NCBI RefSeq assembly: GCF_001194135.2
Contig: NC_068986.1
Location: 4,092,376 to 4,156,375, forward strand
Reading direction: 5' to 3'
Source: Octopus bimaculoides
Taxonomy: Eukaryota
DNA: 64,000 nucleotides
The translations under genes and the position numbers were made by a program. Below are positions 10,066 to 22,877 of this stretch, piece by piece. The notes beneath the pieces were generated by a model. The model was not told the DNA's origin, made no database searches, and saw only the letters and a list, made by a program, of their open reading frames with translations. Each line of letters begins with the position of its first letter. Position 1 is the stretch's first letter.

Positions 10066-13000
10066 TCCGGAAGTTCCCTAATAGGGGGTGGGGTAAACAC
10101 CTGGAGTGGGCTGGGGGTACCCCACCAATTCTGAAGCACTCGACGGTTCGAGGGCACCCGGGAAGGGCACTTTTCACCCTCTCAAATTCCCTAGCTTACA
10201 GGTGCATTATTAGAGTAGGTCCACTCACAGGGGTCACTTTCGTTACATATACCCACTTTTAGAATATGTACCGCGGGGCAGCACTTCTCTCTCTACCATC
10301 ATCTTCCTTTCCAAGTGAAACTTGAAAAAGTTGAGAGAAGATTAACCGCAGAGAAAAGTGTCTGTCTTCAGTCCTTTCAACCTGGTCCACCATACAACCA
10401 CTTTCGCTACCGCCATCAGACAGAGCAAAATTGCCTGCCCTTCCAGACCGATGGAAGGCGGCGGATCGATCTTCACTATACACTCGGCTGATAGCCGGAT
10501 CTGTCCTACACGTGATAACAGCAGTTCAACATAACTGCACAAGTCAGTAATGTAAAGACTCTGGACAAGTGTGTGCAGAACGGTTTCATCGCTCTGCGTG
10601 CATCTCGGGCAGGTCCGCTTGAAAGCACTTCTGTGCCTGTAGAGTTTATCTCGAACCGGTAGTGCCCCCCGGTAGCACTGCCAACCTAGGGATTTCTGGA
10701 AGTTATCCATCGTCCCCGGCTCGAAAGTCCTCCTGAACAAACTCGTGAGTTTGATTTCGTCAACGCTTAGCGTCTCTCCACGTCCGTCATCGTCCTTTCC
10801 TTTCACTAACCCTCTCTAGAACTCAAGAGTGGACGTTCCACTTATCGCATAGCCCTCCTGGTATAGGGCAGCGAGCACATGGCAACATTCCAGATACCAG
10901 TCACCTTACCTTGGTCTCTTCTTGACCCAGTAGTACTGCTGAGTGAGGGAGACGAGCTGTGGAAAGGCCCGTTTGACAAACGGTGACCACATCTGTTCAC
11001 CGTTTAGGCAGAATATCTGGAGATGCGGCAGCCCCAGCGCATACCTGCACATCATTAGGCACGGTATACCCAGCCTCCGTGTAGAGAGTGTTGGCAGCAG
11101 AGGTGGCACTCCAACTTGGTGAGACGTAATCGGGTGCAAGGCACGACGGAAAACGTTACTATGTGACAGACGCGATGTACGCATTTGCCAACTCCGCTCT
11201 ACCCTTCAGTGATAACTTCCTCTCAGCCGATTTCTGGGTGAGACTGGTTACCCTGCTCGCCACCTCGTCCCAATTCTTATCCATCGAGAGGTCTGATCCG
11301 AATGAAGCCCCAAGCAATTTTACTGGTCTATCCGTCCAGCGCCCAACAACGCTGTTGGACAGCATGGGCTGTTGGACTTCAGGTGCTGAGTTGCAAGCCC
11401 ACCGACTTGTCCGGGTTAAGTTTTTTCCCCGTCAACTTTCATATTCCTCCAATGATGTGCCGACTACCCTGGTTTCTGAAGTGCCGACACTATTACGGTG
11501 ATGTCGTCCGCATATGCCGACATAGCCTTTCTGCCTCTCGCTTCTAGTGACATGCCCTGCAGCTTCTCCAGCTTCCGCAATAAAGACTCAAGAGTCAATA
11601 CGTACAGAAGGGAGGAGAGAGGTCATGCATGACGGACCGATCGGGAGATCAAAAACGGTTCTGAAAGGTGGCCATTAACTTTTACTACCGAGTGGATGCC
11701 GCTGTGAATTGCAGTGATACAACCCCTGCAGACAGGGCCGAAGCCAGCCACTTTGAGGGCAGCCTTTGGACATAGATTGTCGACCCTATCGAATGCTTTC
11801 GATTGACCTAAATTGATCAGCGCCCCACCGAAGCTAGGTTTACACTCTACACGTTTTATAATGTATCGCATGAGGTGGAGGTTGTCGTGTATGAACCTAG
11901 TCGGGATTGCGCAGGTTTGCTCCTCATCAATCAAATCCTTGACGACAAGCGCCAACCTCTTTGCTAATACCTTGGCCAACATCTTAAACTCTGTGTTAAG
12001 CAGAGTTATGGGCCTGAAGTTATCTAATGTGTTCCTCTTGTTTTCGTCTTTCCTTATCAGCGTCACTATGCCCTGGCTCACAAAACTGAGAATATTCCCG
12101 TTCTGCTGTCAGTTGCAGAAGAGCGTTTCGAGGAGATCGGAGAACAAGTCTGGGATATTTACGTAAAGTTCCTAGGGTAGACAACCTAAACTGGGTGACT
12201 TGTGCCTTGTGCAGCCGAAAAGGGCATCCTGAATTTTAGCTGAAGTAATCTGCCTTTCACAGCGCTCAGCGTCGGCCACCGAGAGACGCAGCAAGCCGTC
12301 GAGGTAGTGTCTAAAGTCCGCCACAATCTCCGCCCTGCCACTCTCTCCGAACAACCGAGCAAAGTGCTGGCGAAAGGCCTCACACATCTGCGTGGAATCG
12401 CTCAGCTAGTGTCCGTCTCAGTCCGTCAAAAACCGAATTGGGGTTTGTTATCACGCTGGACCTCCGCCACGCGGGCCCATCGAACAGCTTTGATCCCCTC
12501 GTTTCTTAGAGCACGCGCCTTAGCTCTGACAATGCAACCTTAAAGTTTCGCATTGAAGAAATGATCTAATGCCATTCTCGCTGCTAGCTCGTCGGTTGCA
12601 ATGCCACTAGAAATAGTCTCGTCTAGTTTAGCTACTAACCCCTCCTCTTTTATATTTTCTAACGCTATTCCTTTGCTAAACTCTACCGACATTAATCTTT
12701 TGTTTTCAGAGCCGCCCACCACCTGTTGTTGATGACCCCTCCCTGTCAACTTCTGCTTAGCTAAATTACTGACTCGGTCCCTGTAAACCTTACGTGCCGG
12801 AAACGACATGTTCAGCTTCCAGTACCCTGGTCCTAACCTATGAGTCTTATCTAGGTCGATCGTATAGATTAAAAACTTATGGTCTTAATAGGTGACCGTT
12901 TTAAAAGGTGGACATCCTACACTATTACTCTTATTGACAATCCTAACTATATATGATCTGCATGACCTTAAACGGTTGGTTCTGTCCACACTGGCGCATT

Positions 13001-15650
13001 AGGGAAATCTTGTCGGTACCTGTCAGACAGTTGGCACTGGCTGATCAGATGCTTGAGGCTTGTTGTACCCCACTCTTCTCTCAGCTATTCCCACACAATC
13101 CCGACGCTGATCAAAGATTCCGTTCCAGTCTCCTACTAATAGTAAAAGGTGAGACGTACCTAGAAAGGCTTCCAGACGCCTAAAGAAATCCAGCCGTTTG
13201 GCTCCGGTAGGAGCGTATACGGCCACCTGTCTAAAGCCACTACCTTCACTATTGCTCACGTCCAGGACCACCAACTTCCCGTCCGAGTTCTCGAAAATCG
13301 CCTTTACCGCGAGATCTAGTTCTTTCTTAAACAGCATTGCTACTCCAACTCCCATTCCCGGCCGACTAACAATGCAAAGATCTGATAGTCGTCGAACATG
13401 GGAGAAAGTGCGTGTGTATTGGAAATCCTGTCTCACTGACAGCAATTATATCCACTTCTAGAGACCTCGGGACGTTGAACCAGCACCCCTGCTTCCAGGG
13501 CAACCCCAGGTCTCGAAAATCCTACTCTTTGTATGGCCATGCTGGCAAGCTAAAGAGAGATGGGAAAGGTTTACTTACCTCCAGATGTCTTGTAACGGTC
13601 GGGTGGTTCGACTTCCATAATTGGTGGGGTCTTTTTTAGGAACCCCTTTAAGGGCCTCGATGTGGGTCTGACGTTTGGGGTTTCCGTGTCCTCCGGAAAG
13701 ATCTCTCGAATTTTTGTGAAGGAATCGAGAGACATTCGCACCAGAAGTAAATCTTCTGGTATACGAAATGTGTCGATTCGAATATCACCCCCACCCCTGT
13801 TTCAAATTCCGTGTTTTTTTTTTGTTTTTGTGTTACGAGTACCATCAGTTCCTTGTTATCCATTCTGATGTGTATGAAGTTAAGTGTTTTGTAGTGGCAT
13901 CGTTTAATTTGTTTGCTTGACTGTAGTGGTGATGGTCTTGCTGTTGTTGTTTCTCTTTCTGTGTGTGCAGTGAGTGTGGTGTCTACAGTTTCAGATGTTT
14001 GCGTGAGTGTCCGTTCTTGTTTAGGTTGTTTTCGTTTGGGGGATTCTGGTGATAGTGATGGCGTTGGTTGTGTTGGTGTTTTGGGGGAGATGTTTGCGTG
14101 GGTAGTGTCTGTATTTCTTATTGTGGGTGTTATCATGCTTTGTGAAGTTTTTCTTTTGTGCGTTATTTTTTTTATTTTGTTTTATTTTCAGACCTTTTGG
14201 TTTTCCTTCGTCTTCACTGATGAAGAGTCTGTTGCTGTAAGCCTGTTTCTGTCTGTGTGTATATTTATAATCTTGTTTATGTGTGTATTTTTGTTTGATG
14301 TGAGGTGGGTACGAAAGTTTTCGTTGTTTCTCCCTAGGGTGGTTAATATCTTTGGTGTTGTTGCTGGTGGTTTTGCCGGTGCTGGTGATTTTTGTGCTTC
14401 TCGTCCTGGCGTAGGCAGCAGTGGAGGCCGTTGGGGGCAGCGAGCTTGCAAATGAGTCGTTTCTTCACACGCGAAACAATGAGGCCTTTTGCTCTCAGTC
14501 ATGATATCTATCACCGTCCTGTTCTGGAGACAGATGTGTTCCGGTATGTTTTTATGTTTTCGAGTATGACCTGGAGAAGTATCTCCAGGTCAACCCCGAA
14601 CCAGTCCTCCATGGCAGTTATTGTCACCTCTATCAGGACAGCGTCCGTCCCCTCCACGATTACGCATCCCAGAAGCCACCAAATATCTAATCCTGGTGGG
14701 ATTCTAGGAATGCGGACATGGGCTATACGTTTCCCCATGTGGGAGGGGTACATGATGACTTTGCTGGTATTGCAGGGGATCATTGAATATTTCATAGTAA
14801 GGACTACTGACTTAAACAACACCGAAATGATGCCGTATTGTTTGCCTCTCGCTATGTACTTGATGTTATTTCTGATGCACCTCTGCGCCGCCTCAACATC
14901 TAATTGGCCTATCAAAGCCGCTCTTTTCGTGTCTACTGAGATGCATCGGAAAAGCACCGTTCTTATCTCCACTGTTTCAATTGCCTCTGATGGAAACGTC
15001 AAGTTGGCCCAAGTCTTTTCTTGTTTTATTAGTCTTCATGCCTGTGGTAACGTATGTCCCCTATTTGTGAGGTCTACAGTAAAGCGGTGTTTGGTCTTCG
15101 CTGCTGCTGCAAACGGACTTTTGTTATTGTTATTGGTATTGTTCATGTTGTTGTTTTTATTGCTGTTACTGTTCTTGCTTTTGTTGCTGTTGTTGTTGTT
15201 GTTGTCGTTGTTCTTATCGATGTTGATGGTATTGGTCTTGTTGTTGCTGCTATTGTCATTTTTTGCTCTCGTTGTTGTTGTTTCTATCGCTACTGCCGCA
15301 GCCATTTATTGTCTTTTTCGTGGTTGTTTTTGCTATAATTACTGCTGCGGCTGCGGCTGCGGTCGACGTTGCGTCTGCTGTTGTCATTTCTTCCGCTGTT
15401 AGTGTTTCTGGTACTATTGTTGTTATTGTTAGTTGAACTTTGTACCACGACAGTCATGTTTTTCTCCTCCTCCCCTTCCCCTGTAGAGTTGCCCGTGACG
15501 GAGGGAAGAGGAGGAAGTCTTCATCCTTTACCATATTGGTAGGAGGATTTGTTTTGTTTTTTCTCAACTCTTTCAAGACGCGTTCCGCGTTGAGTTGTAT
15601 TTGGTTTAATTAAATTTAACACCCACCGAAATTATTTTGTGGGTCGAAAA
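10066..15650 (-). mobile_element. Near full-length Tx1/L1-clade LINE with frameshifts and stops
   Basis: ORF1 pieces at 13650-15400 include a poly-Asn tract and the CCHC knuckle CFACEETTHLQARC. ORF2 (~13540-10340) has APE endonuclease (VAVYAPT, LVGDWN), RT (NFRPITLLNTEFKMLAK, SKAFDRV, SAYADDIT) and C-terminal CPRC...ETVLH. Confidence 0.95.
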
Positions 15651-15820
15651 TCACCCCTCTGGAGGCTACATAAAAAACCAGTAATAGGTTCCTGGTGTTT
15701 CTATTCACAACTTGGAATAAAATAATTATTCACAAAGGACACCAATCCTGGTGTAAAAATATATTTTGAACTGGACTTACTTGGAGCGTTCGAAAATACG
15801 TCCGATCTGCTCTGCATCAA

Positions 15821-15874
<54 letters not shown>

Positions 15875-15876
<2 letters not shown>

Positions 15877-16427
15877 GCCCTGATGCAGTGCCAGACAGTG
15901 GCCTTCGTGGCTTCTGATCATAGCTGATTGGAATTGTTATTATGTACATTGTTTTGTCTTGGTATAAAAAGATGGGCTACAGCAAATATTCTGCTTAATA
16001 CCACAGATTTGCTTGTCAGTTGTTTGACCTTAACCAGTTGAGCATGTTCCTTGGTGGTTAACTATATGTGCATCTCTGATCACGAGCAGAAGCAGTGGAG
16101 GAGCATCATAGCCATGTGTTGAGAGGAATTCTTTGGGGTTTGGCTAATTCACCTTTGGAAACATGGGTGTTTTGTTCAACATCCTTAACCCTTATTCAGG
16201 GACCTTTTGAGAGGGATGGGCTACTCGACCTGACAAAATTCTAACTGGGCCCCACCTGCAAGGTCATACGCTGTTTGTCTTGATATGAGATCATTATGTC
16301 GTGCACGTATGGTTGTAATACATGCACCTAGTGTACCCTTATCAAACGGGTAGTCATGATGGGTATACTGGGCTTCGTATATTTTACCCCAGTGCCACTT
16401 TGATGGCAATGCACTGTTCTCTCACTC
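15875..16427 (+). mobile_element. ~555-bp non-coding interspersed repeat in (AAT)n, copy 1
   Basis: Colinear with 20371-20929 and 31726-32164. (AAT)n lies on both sides. No ORF and no 5' A/B boxes. Confidence 0.85.
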
Positions 16428-16477
<50 letters not shown>

Positions 16478-16499
16478 TGATGATGATGATGATGATGAT

Positions 16500-17582
16500 G
16501 ATGTACCTTCTAAACCATAGTAATGGTATGAGCCAATCTAACAACATCACTATCAAACGAGGCATCTTTCACGGTGACTCCCTTTCCCCATTACTCTTTT
16601 GCACGGTACTGATCCCATTCAAACGAACTGAATAACACCAGGTATCGGTTAAGTTTATAATACTACAATAAACCATCTGTTTTATATGGACGATCTGAAG
16701 CTGTTTGCTAGAAATGGTGAAGAGCTAGTAGGGCTACTAACAGCTGTTAAAGAGTTCAGCAATGACATTGTGATGGATTTTGGCGTTCATAAGTGTGCTA
16801 AAGTAACTTTTGTAAGAGCCAAGCTCAAGCAAACAGCTTCCATTAAATCAGATACCGACGCTACTATCAAGGAGCTCGACCCACAAAAAAATGCTTGGTG
16901 GTAAACGAATGAGTTGATATACAACATGCTATTATGAAGGAAAAAATAAGGAGTATTACAGAAGAATAAGACTCATACTAAAAACTGAACTAAACTCCAA
17001 AACTCGTATCGAAGCCATTAACACCCTGACACTTCCAGTATCCCAATACTTTTTTAACATCATTAACTAGAATCTTACAGAGATCCAATGCCTGCACAAG
17101 TACACAAGAAAACTATTAACATCTAAGAACATGTTACCACCGAAAAGCAGACGTTGATCGTCAGTACCTATCTAGAAGTTCTGGGGAAAGAGGAATGATG
17201 CAGGTAGAATTGTGTCATAAGACCTCCACAATAGCAATGAATAGCTACTTATATAGTACAGGGGGTGCTGGATACTGCGGCAAACAGGAAAGCAGCAAAA
17301 AATCACATTCTATTGTCAGAGAAGCTTGCAAATTCGGGAACTTGGCATTAACCCAGGATTAGATGAAGAACCTGAAACCTCAGCCAGCAAACAAGCCAAA
17401 CGGATCAAGCAGACTGCAAAAAAGAACCGGCAGAAACAAATTGAGTTGCAGTGTAGCCAGAAGCCTCTGCATGGACAGTATATACTTCGAAGTCGAAATG
17501 CTGATGTGGACCAAGCAACAACCCATCAGTGGCTGAAAAGCTCAAGACTGAAAGCAGAGACTGAAGGTTTCAAACTGGCGAC
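16500..17582 (+). mobile_element. R4/Dong-clade LINE fragment (RT domains 4-7 and thumb)
   Basis: IKRGIFHGDSLSPLLF, NHLFYMDDLKLF, FGVHKCAKV, LHGQY, WLKSSRLKAETEG. Preceded by (AAT)n(GAT)n. Confidence 0.9.
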
Positions 17583-17745
17583 TTAGCTCCCTTGTCAGTA
17601 CATAGACTTGTGCTTATTTTCGGTTCAAAGGGTTTTTACCTCTTATTTCTGGCAGTTTATGTCCTACCCTACGCCGTCAGTCACAATTAGTGACAACTGA
17701 ATTCTTCCTTTTTGGTTTTATATTGCTTATAGCCACCTTCGTTAT

Positions 17746-17829
<84 letters not shown>

Positions 17830-18009
17830 TGTGTGTATATGTATGTATGTATATATGTATATAATGAACTATCTCGTCGAAGGCATCGTATGAGCGTTCA
17901 ACTTTTGCCGAACGACCTACAAAAACCATTTGTTTGTAGCTCACTTCCTCTATCAAATCGATTTGTCTGAACAGGTGCATGGTGTACCATGCGTCAGATG
18001 TCGAAGTGA

Positions 18010-18115
18010 TCACAGAACAACATGAGATGAAGTGTTTTGCTCAAGACCACAATGCACCACTCGGTCTACGAATTGAAATCACGATCTAGCGATCGTAAGT
18101 ACAATACCCTAACCG
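18010..18115 (-). mobile_element. SINE head fragment (family C)
   Basis: Reverse complement ggttagggtattg...gtcttgagcaaaacacttcatctcatgttg is similar to 48525-48660. Confidence 0.55.
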
Positions 18116-18384
18116 CAAAAGATTATCTTAAATGGTACGTCACACGTATGGAGAAGGACATTGTCCTGTGAATTTTCTTGTTTCCTCTTTATTTTCTGTT
18201 TACTTTTTCATTTTTTCTTTTTTCTGTCTTTCTTCCCCCTTTTTCTCTATTACATGACTTTGTAAATAAATAATCTGGTGTATTTATTCTAATGGCCTAC
18301 CAATGCAAACAATGGGTTTCTCTGCTCTAGGTGTCAGGAAGAAACTCAAGAGATGGAAACAAAATTGAAAGATGATAATAATTA

Positions 18385-18660
18385 TAATAATGATTTCAAG
18401 TTTTTGCCACAAGGGCAGCTTGGGATAGGGGATTAAGTCGATTACATCGACCCCAGTGCGTAACTAGTAAATATTTAATGGACTCCGAAAGCATGAAAGG
18501 CAAGGTCGACCTCGGAGAATTTTGAACTCAGAACGTAGCGGCATAAGAAATGCCTTTCTATTATAAGCACAAGGCCTGAAATTACATCGTATCTTATCGA
18601 TCCCGAAAGTCGAGCTCGAATTTTTCCCGGCGTACTAACGATTCTGCCAGCTCGCCGCCT
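18385..18660 (-). mobile_element. SINE family A with a nested deleted copy
   Basis: Reverse complement of the family A head and central domain; (AAT)n on both sides. Confidence 0.8.
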
Positions 18661-18699
18661 CGTGATGATGATGATAATAATAACAACAACAATAACTCT

Positions 18700-19953
18700 T
18701 ACGAAAAGTTAATATCAAAAGAAGAATTTTCCAGGGGGACTCGTTGTCCTCTTTAATATTTGTCTTGTGTTTGATCCCCCTCACTATAGTATCAAGGAAG
18801 GCAGAGTATCAGTTCAGAAATAGTAAGGGGAAAATTAACCATTTGCTCTACATGGATGATCTGAAGCTTTTTGGTAAGAATGAAAAAGAGATAGATTGCT
18901 TAATACAGACTGTAAGACTCATCAGTAAAGATATAGGCATGGAATTTGGAATAGATAAGTAAGTGTGCAATATTAGTCATGAGAAGGAGACAGGTAGTCA
19001 AACAGTGAAGGCATCCAATTACCAGACATTAAAATCATTGAAGGGAGGAGCAAGTTATAATTATCTAGGAGTATTAGAATCTGACAGAGTACTAACTATA
19101 GAAATGAAAACGAAAATTGAAGAGTAGATCAGAAGGGTGAGGAAACTAATGAAGTCAAAGCTAAATGGTCCAAATCTAGTGAGGGTTATAAATACTTGGG
19201 CAGTATCATTACTTAGATAGTCAGCAGCTTTTGTAGATTGTACAAACTATGAATTAGCAAAGCTAGGTAGAAGAACTAGGAAGGAATTAAATATGAATGG
19301 AGGGCAGGAGTAGCAAGATTATACTTACATAGAAAAGAAGGCGGAAGAAGGTTACTATCAGTAGAATACTGCGTTGAGTTAGCTAGAGTAGATATCGACT
19401 CATATGTAGGTAATTGTGAAGAAAGTTTATTAAAAGCTGCTAGAGCCACAGCAAGATATAGGGAAACCAAAACAACAAACGAACTTAAAAACTAGAAAAA
19501 AGAACAGAAATTATCTGACTGGTAGATTCCCAAAGATAGTTGCAGTAAATAGTAGTAGTGAGACATGGCTATTGTTGCAAAAAGGAAAGCTGAAAAGGGA
19601 GACAGAAAGTTTGTTAGTAGCTTCACAAAATCAAACATTAAGGACTAATTGGATAAAAGCCAAGATAGACAAAAACCAAGTAGGTTCCCAATGTAGGTTA
19701 TGCAAATAAAAACAGGAAAGCGTTGTTCATATAGTAAGTGAATGTAGCATGTTGGCACAGAAAGAATAAAAGAAAAGACAAGACAACCTAGGGAGAGTAA
19801 TCCACTGCGAGTTATGTAGAAAGCTAGGATTTGAACATACTAATAAACGGTATGAATATGAACCGAGTAAAGTCCTAGAAAGTAAGAAATACAAGATGCT
19901 GTGGGACTTTAACATTCAGACTAACAGAATAATAGAAGCTAGAAGGCCTGATT

Positions 19954-20013
<60 letters not shown>

Positions 20014-20370
20014 ATACAGAGAATAGAAAGTCCCAGATGATGAAAAAAATCAGTATGAGAGGTATAGAAAAATAGCAAAGTACCAGGACCTAGCCACTGA
20101 ATTACAGAGTTTACGGAAAGTGCGCGTAAAATGTATCCCAGTAGTTATATGTGCATTGGGAACTATCCCTAAACATCTGGACAGATTGATAGAGGAAATA
20201 AGCATAAAACTCGGTTGAGTATAGCTCCAGAAAGTGTTATTAGGGACAGCTAGGATACTTAGGAGGGTTCTTGGCATCTAAGATTACTTGGTGTAGCTCG
20301 ATGTTAGGATTTGTTTTCTTTTCCAACAGTCTAATCTGTTGAGTGTATATAAAAATAATAATAATAATAA
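18700..20370 (+). mobile_element. R4/Dong-clade LINE, 3' half with RLE domain and (AAT)n tail
   Basis: RRIFQGDSLS, KINHLLYMDDLKLF, CRLC...VHIVSEC (CCHC), KMLWDFNIQTNRIIEARRPDLVV (PD motif, with a (GTA)n expansion), KYQDL. Ends ...tataaaaataataataat. Confidence 0.93.
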
Positions 20371-20929
20371 ATGCCCCGATACAATACCAGGCATAGAATC
20401 TCATGGCTTTTAATTTTAACTGATTGGAAGTGTTATCATGTACATTGTTTTGTCTTGATATAAAAGATAGGCTACAGCAAATATTCTGCTCAATACCACA
20501 AATCTGCTTGTCAGTTGTTTGACTTTAACCACTTGAGCATGTCCCTTGTTGGCTGACGATATGTGTATCTCTGAACATGAGTAGAAGTAGTGGAGGAGCA
20601 TCATAGCCATGTCTTGAGAAGAATTCTTTGGGGTTTGGATAATTCGTGTATGGAAACATGGATGTTTCGTTCAACATCCTTAAACAGGCCTTATTCAGGG
20701 ACCATTTGAACAAGATGGGCTACTCGACCTGAAGAAAATTCTTACTGGGCCCCACCTGCAAGGTCATGCGTTGTTAATCTTGATATGAGACCACCATGTC
20801 ACGCACATATGGTTGTGGTACATGTGCCGTGCCTGATGTACCCTTATCAGACGGATAGTCATGATGGGTATACTGGGTTTCGTATGTTTTATCCCAATGA
20901 CACTTTGATGGCATGCACTGCTCTCACTC
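20371..20929 (+). mobile_element. ~555-bp (AAT)n-associated repeat, copy 2
   Basis: Same start (atgccc) and end (ctctcactc-aataat) as copy 1. Confidence 0.85.
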
Positions 20930-20935
20930 AATAAT

Positions 20936-22770
20936 AATTGAAACCTATCTCATTGGAGGATAGGTCCCTTTAGCCTTGGTCGGCAACCCCTCGAGAGAAG
21001 GTGACTCAGTAATAGCACCGATGGCTGTGCCACCTCAACACTAAAGCTCTAAGGTGTGAAAATGTCAAATACAAAGATATAAAACAATGGCACTAAAAAC
21101 CGTGTATACGAAGCTAAGTGTAGACTCTAGGAACCTTGACTAGCAACCCACCTAGTGATGGTGTCACGTTAAAAATACTGGTGAGTGCACAACCTTACAA
21201 ATGCTACCTCTAAATGAATTACGTCAGAATTAAATAATAACCATAACTGCGCTAACAGTACTGGAACTGTTAACAGTGAAAGTGTCGTGTTCGGCAGGCA
21301 GGGAGTATCTGATCAAGCTCCGGCAAGTCGTCATCAAGCTATTGGTCAGGACCAAAATCGCAGTCAAAAGTGCAGAAGAAAAAGAATGAAATAGGGGAAA
21401 ATGTAAACAAAATAGTAGTAGAATGCTGGCTAAGAGGTGAGCCAGATGAAAGAGGTTTCATAAATTAAATGAAAAGAATTTGGGATGAAAAAGGAGGTTT
21501 TGCAGCATCCACTCACGGACTGATAGTGCTAGCAAGAGCAATCCGTAGGAACGACTGAATTACGGGAGCAGAGGTTGAAGAAATTCAGAGAAACATAATA
21601 AAAAAAGGGCAGAAACAGCAGCAGCAGAAAGCGGTAATGAAGGGCTAAGAAATATGATATAGTAACTAATGAAGACGATCTAGATGGACGATTGACAGTA
21701 AGTATTGCACAAGGCTTGAATGATGAAGAGAATGAGATTTTAGAAATGTTGCAAGATGAAATGTCTGGTGGGACAATGAAGTACCACCAAATGTAAAATA
21801 TATGGACAGAAAACAAGTGAGGAAAGCTACAGGCAAAGTAAACGACGTTTTAAGCTTGATTAAAACAGAAAACATCAGTGAAACAAAGTAGCTAATCATA
21901 CCTGCTGTTAATGTCGTAACTAACAGGCTACGACAGAATAACTGAAGATATAAAAGCAAATGAAAAGAAAGAGCCAAACTGAAGGAAAAGGATACGAATG
22001 AAGCTAGAAAAGACACGGAACGGACTGGGGCAGCTGACTGGGATAATGAGAGGAGAGCTCAAGAATAAGGTAGTAATCAGAAAATTAAATAAACGGTACA
22101 GGTTAGAAGAAAGGGGAATACAAATAGTACATGAAAAATTGGCACAAAAGGTGACAACATTAAAGACCAAATGATATTATGCTAGATGCAAAAATTTTGA
22201 ACAGAATAAACTGTTCCAATTAAATAGAAGGCGTCTGTTTGAGGAAATAGAGGAAGGCTAACACCAGGAGCTGATCCCAGATGCGGGAGAAAAAGAATTT
22301 TGGGGAAGGCTGTGGAGAAGGCTGGCGAGACATAAAGAAAGCGCGAAGTGGCTAACGAAGCTGGAAAGACAGCTTGCAACTGTACGAAGACAAAAGGACA
22401 TACAGTGAGACAGAAGTTAAGAAAATAGTAAATTGGAAAGGACCAATCCGGTTGGAGTACAAGGCTATTGGCTGAAGAACTTTACACAGTTGTATGAAAG
22501 GATCGTTGCGCAACTGGATGACTGCCTGCAGCAAGGTCACACCCCTGCCTCGATGACAAGTTAACAAGCGCTGCTATGCTTCAAGGATCCCGTGAAAGAA
22601 AACTTAGCATCAAATTTTCGTCTACCACTAATGTGGAAGCATATGACCGGCGTATTGGCAAATGAGTTATACAACCATCTGGAAAGTAATAATCTACTTC
22701 CAGAAGAACAGAAAGGATGCAGGAAACAAAGTAGGTCGGCAAAAGATCACTTATTAGGTGATAAAATTAT
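20936..22770 (+). mobile_element. R4/Dong-clade LINE, 5' half (5' UTR to RT domain 2)
   Basis: N-terminal MKRIWDEKG...ARAIRRND.ITGAEVEEIQR; WKGPIRLEY (APGxD-like region), [31 protein letters not shown]. Truncated at (ATT)n. Confidence 0.85.
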
Positions 22771-22877
22771 TATTATTATACATTAACAGGAATCCCCCTC
22801 ACCATGACAAGCGTTATAATAAAGATTTTACAACACCTTTTTTCTTTCTTTAACAATAATATTAATATATTTAATAA

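Noticed and set aside
10084-10118. G-quadruplex-like G runs at the Tx1 3' end
   Set aside because: Antisense to the element and needs a 14-nt loop; no further support.
13545-13585. GTAAGT...CTTTAG mini-intron between Tx1 ORF1 and ORF2 (minus strand)
   Set aside because: Only 29 nt, and GTAAGT coincides with the probable native ORF1 end (G-K-stop).
20940-21000. HDV-like ribozyme in the R4/Dong 5' UTR (hairpin plus GGCAA)
   Set aside because: Too little sequence between the P1 strands for P2/P3; only a simple hairpin is supported.
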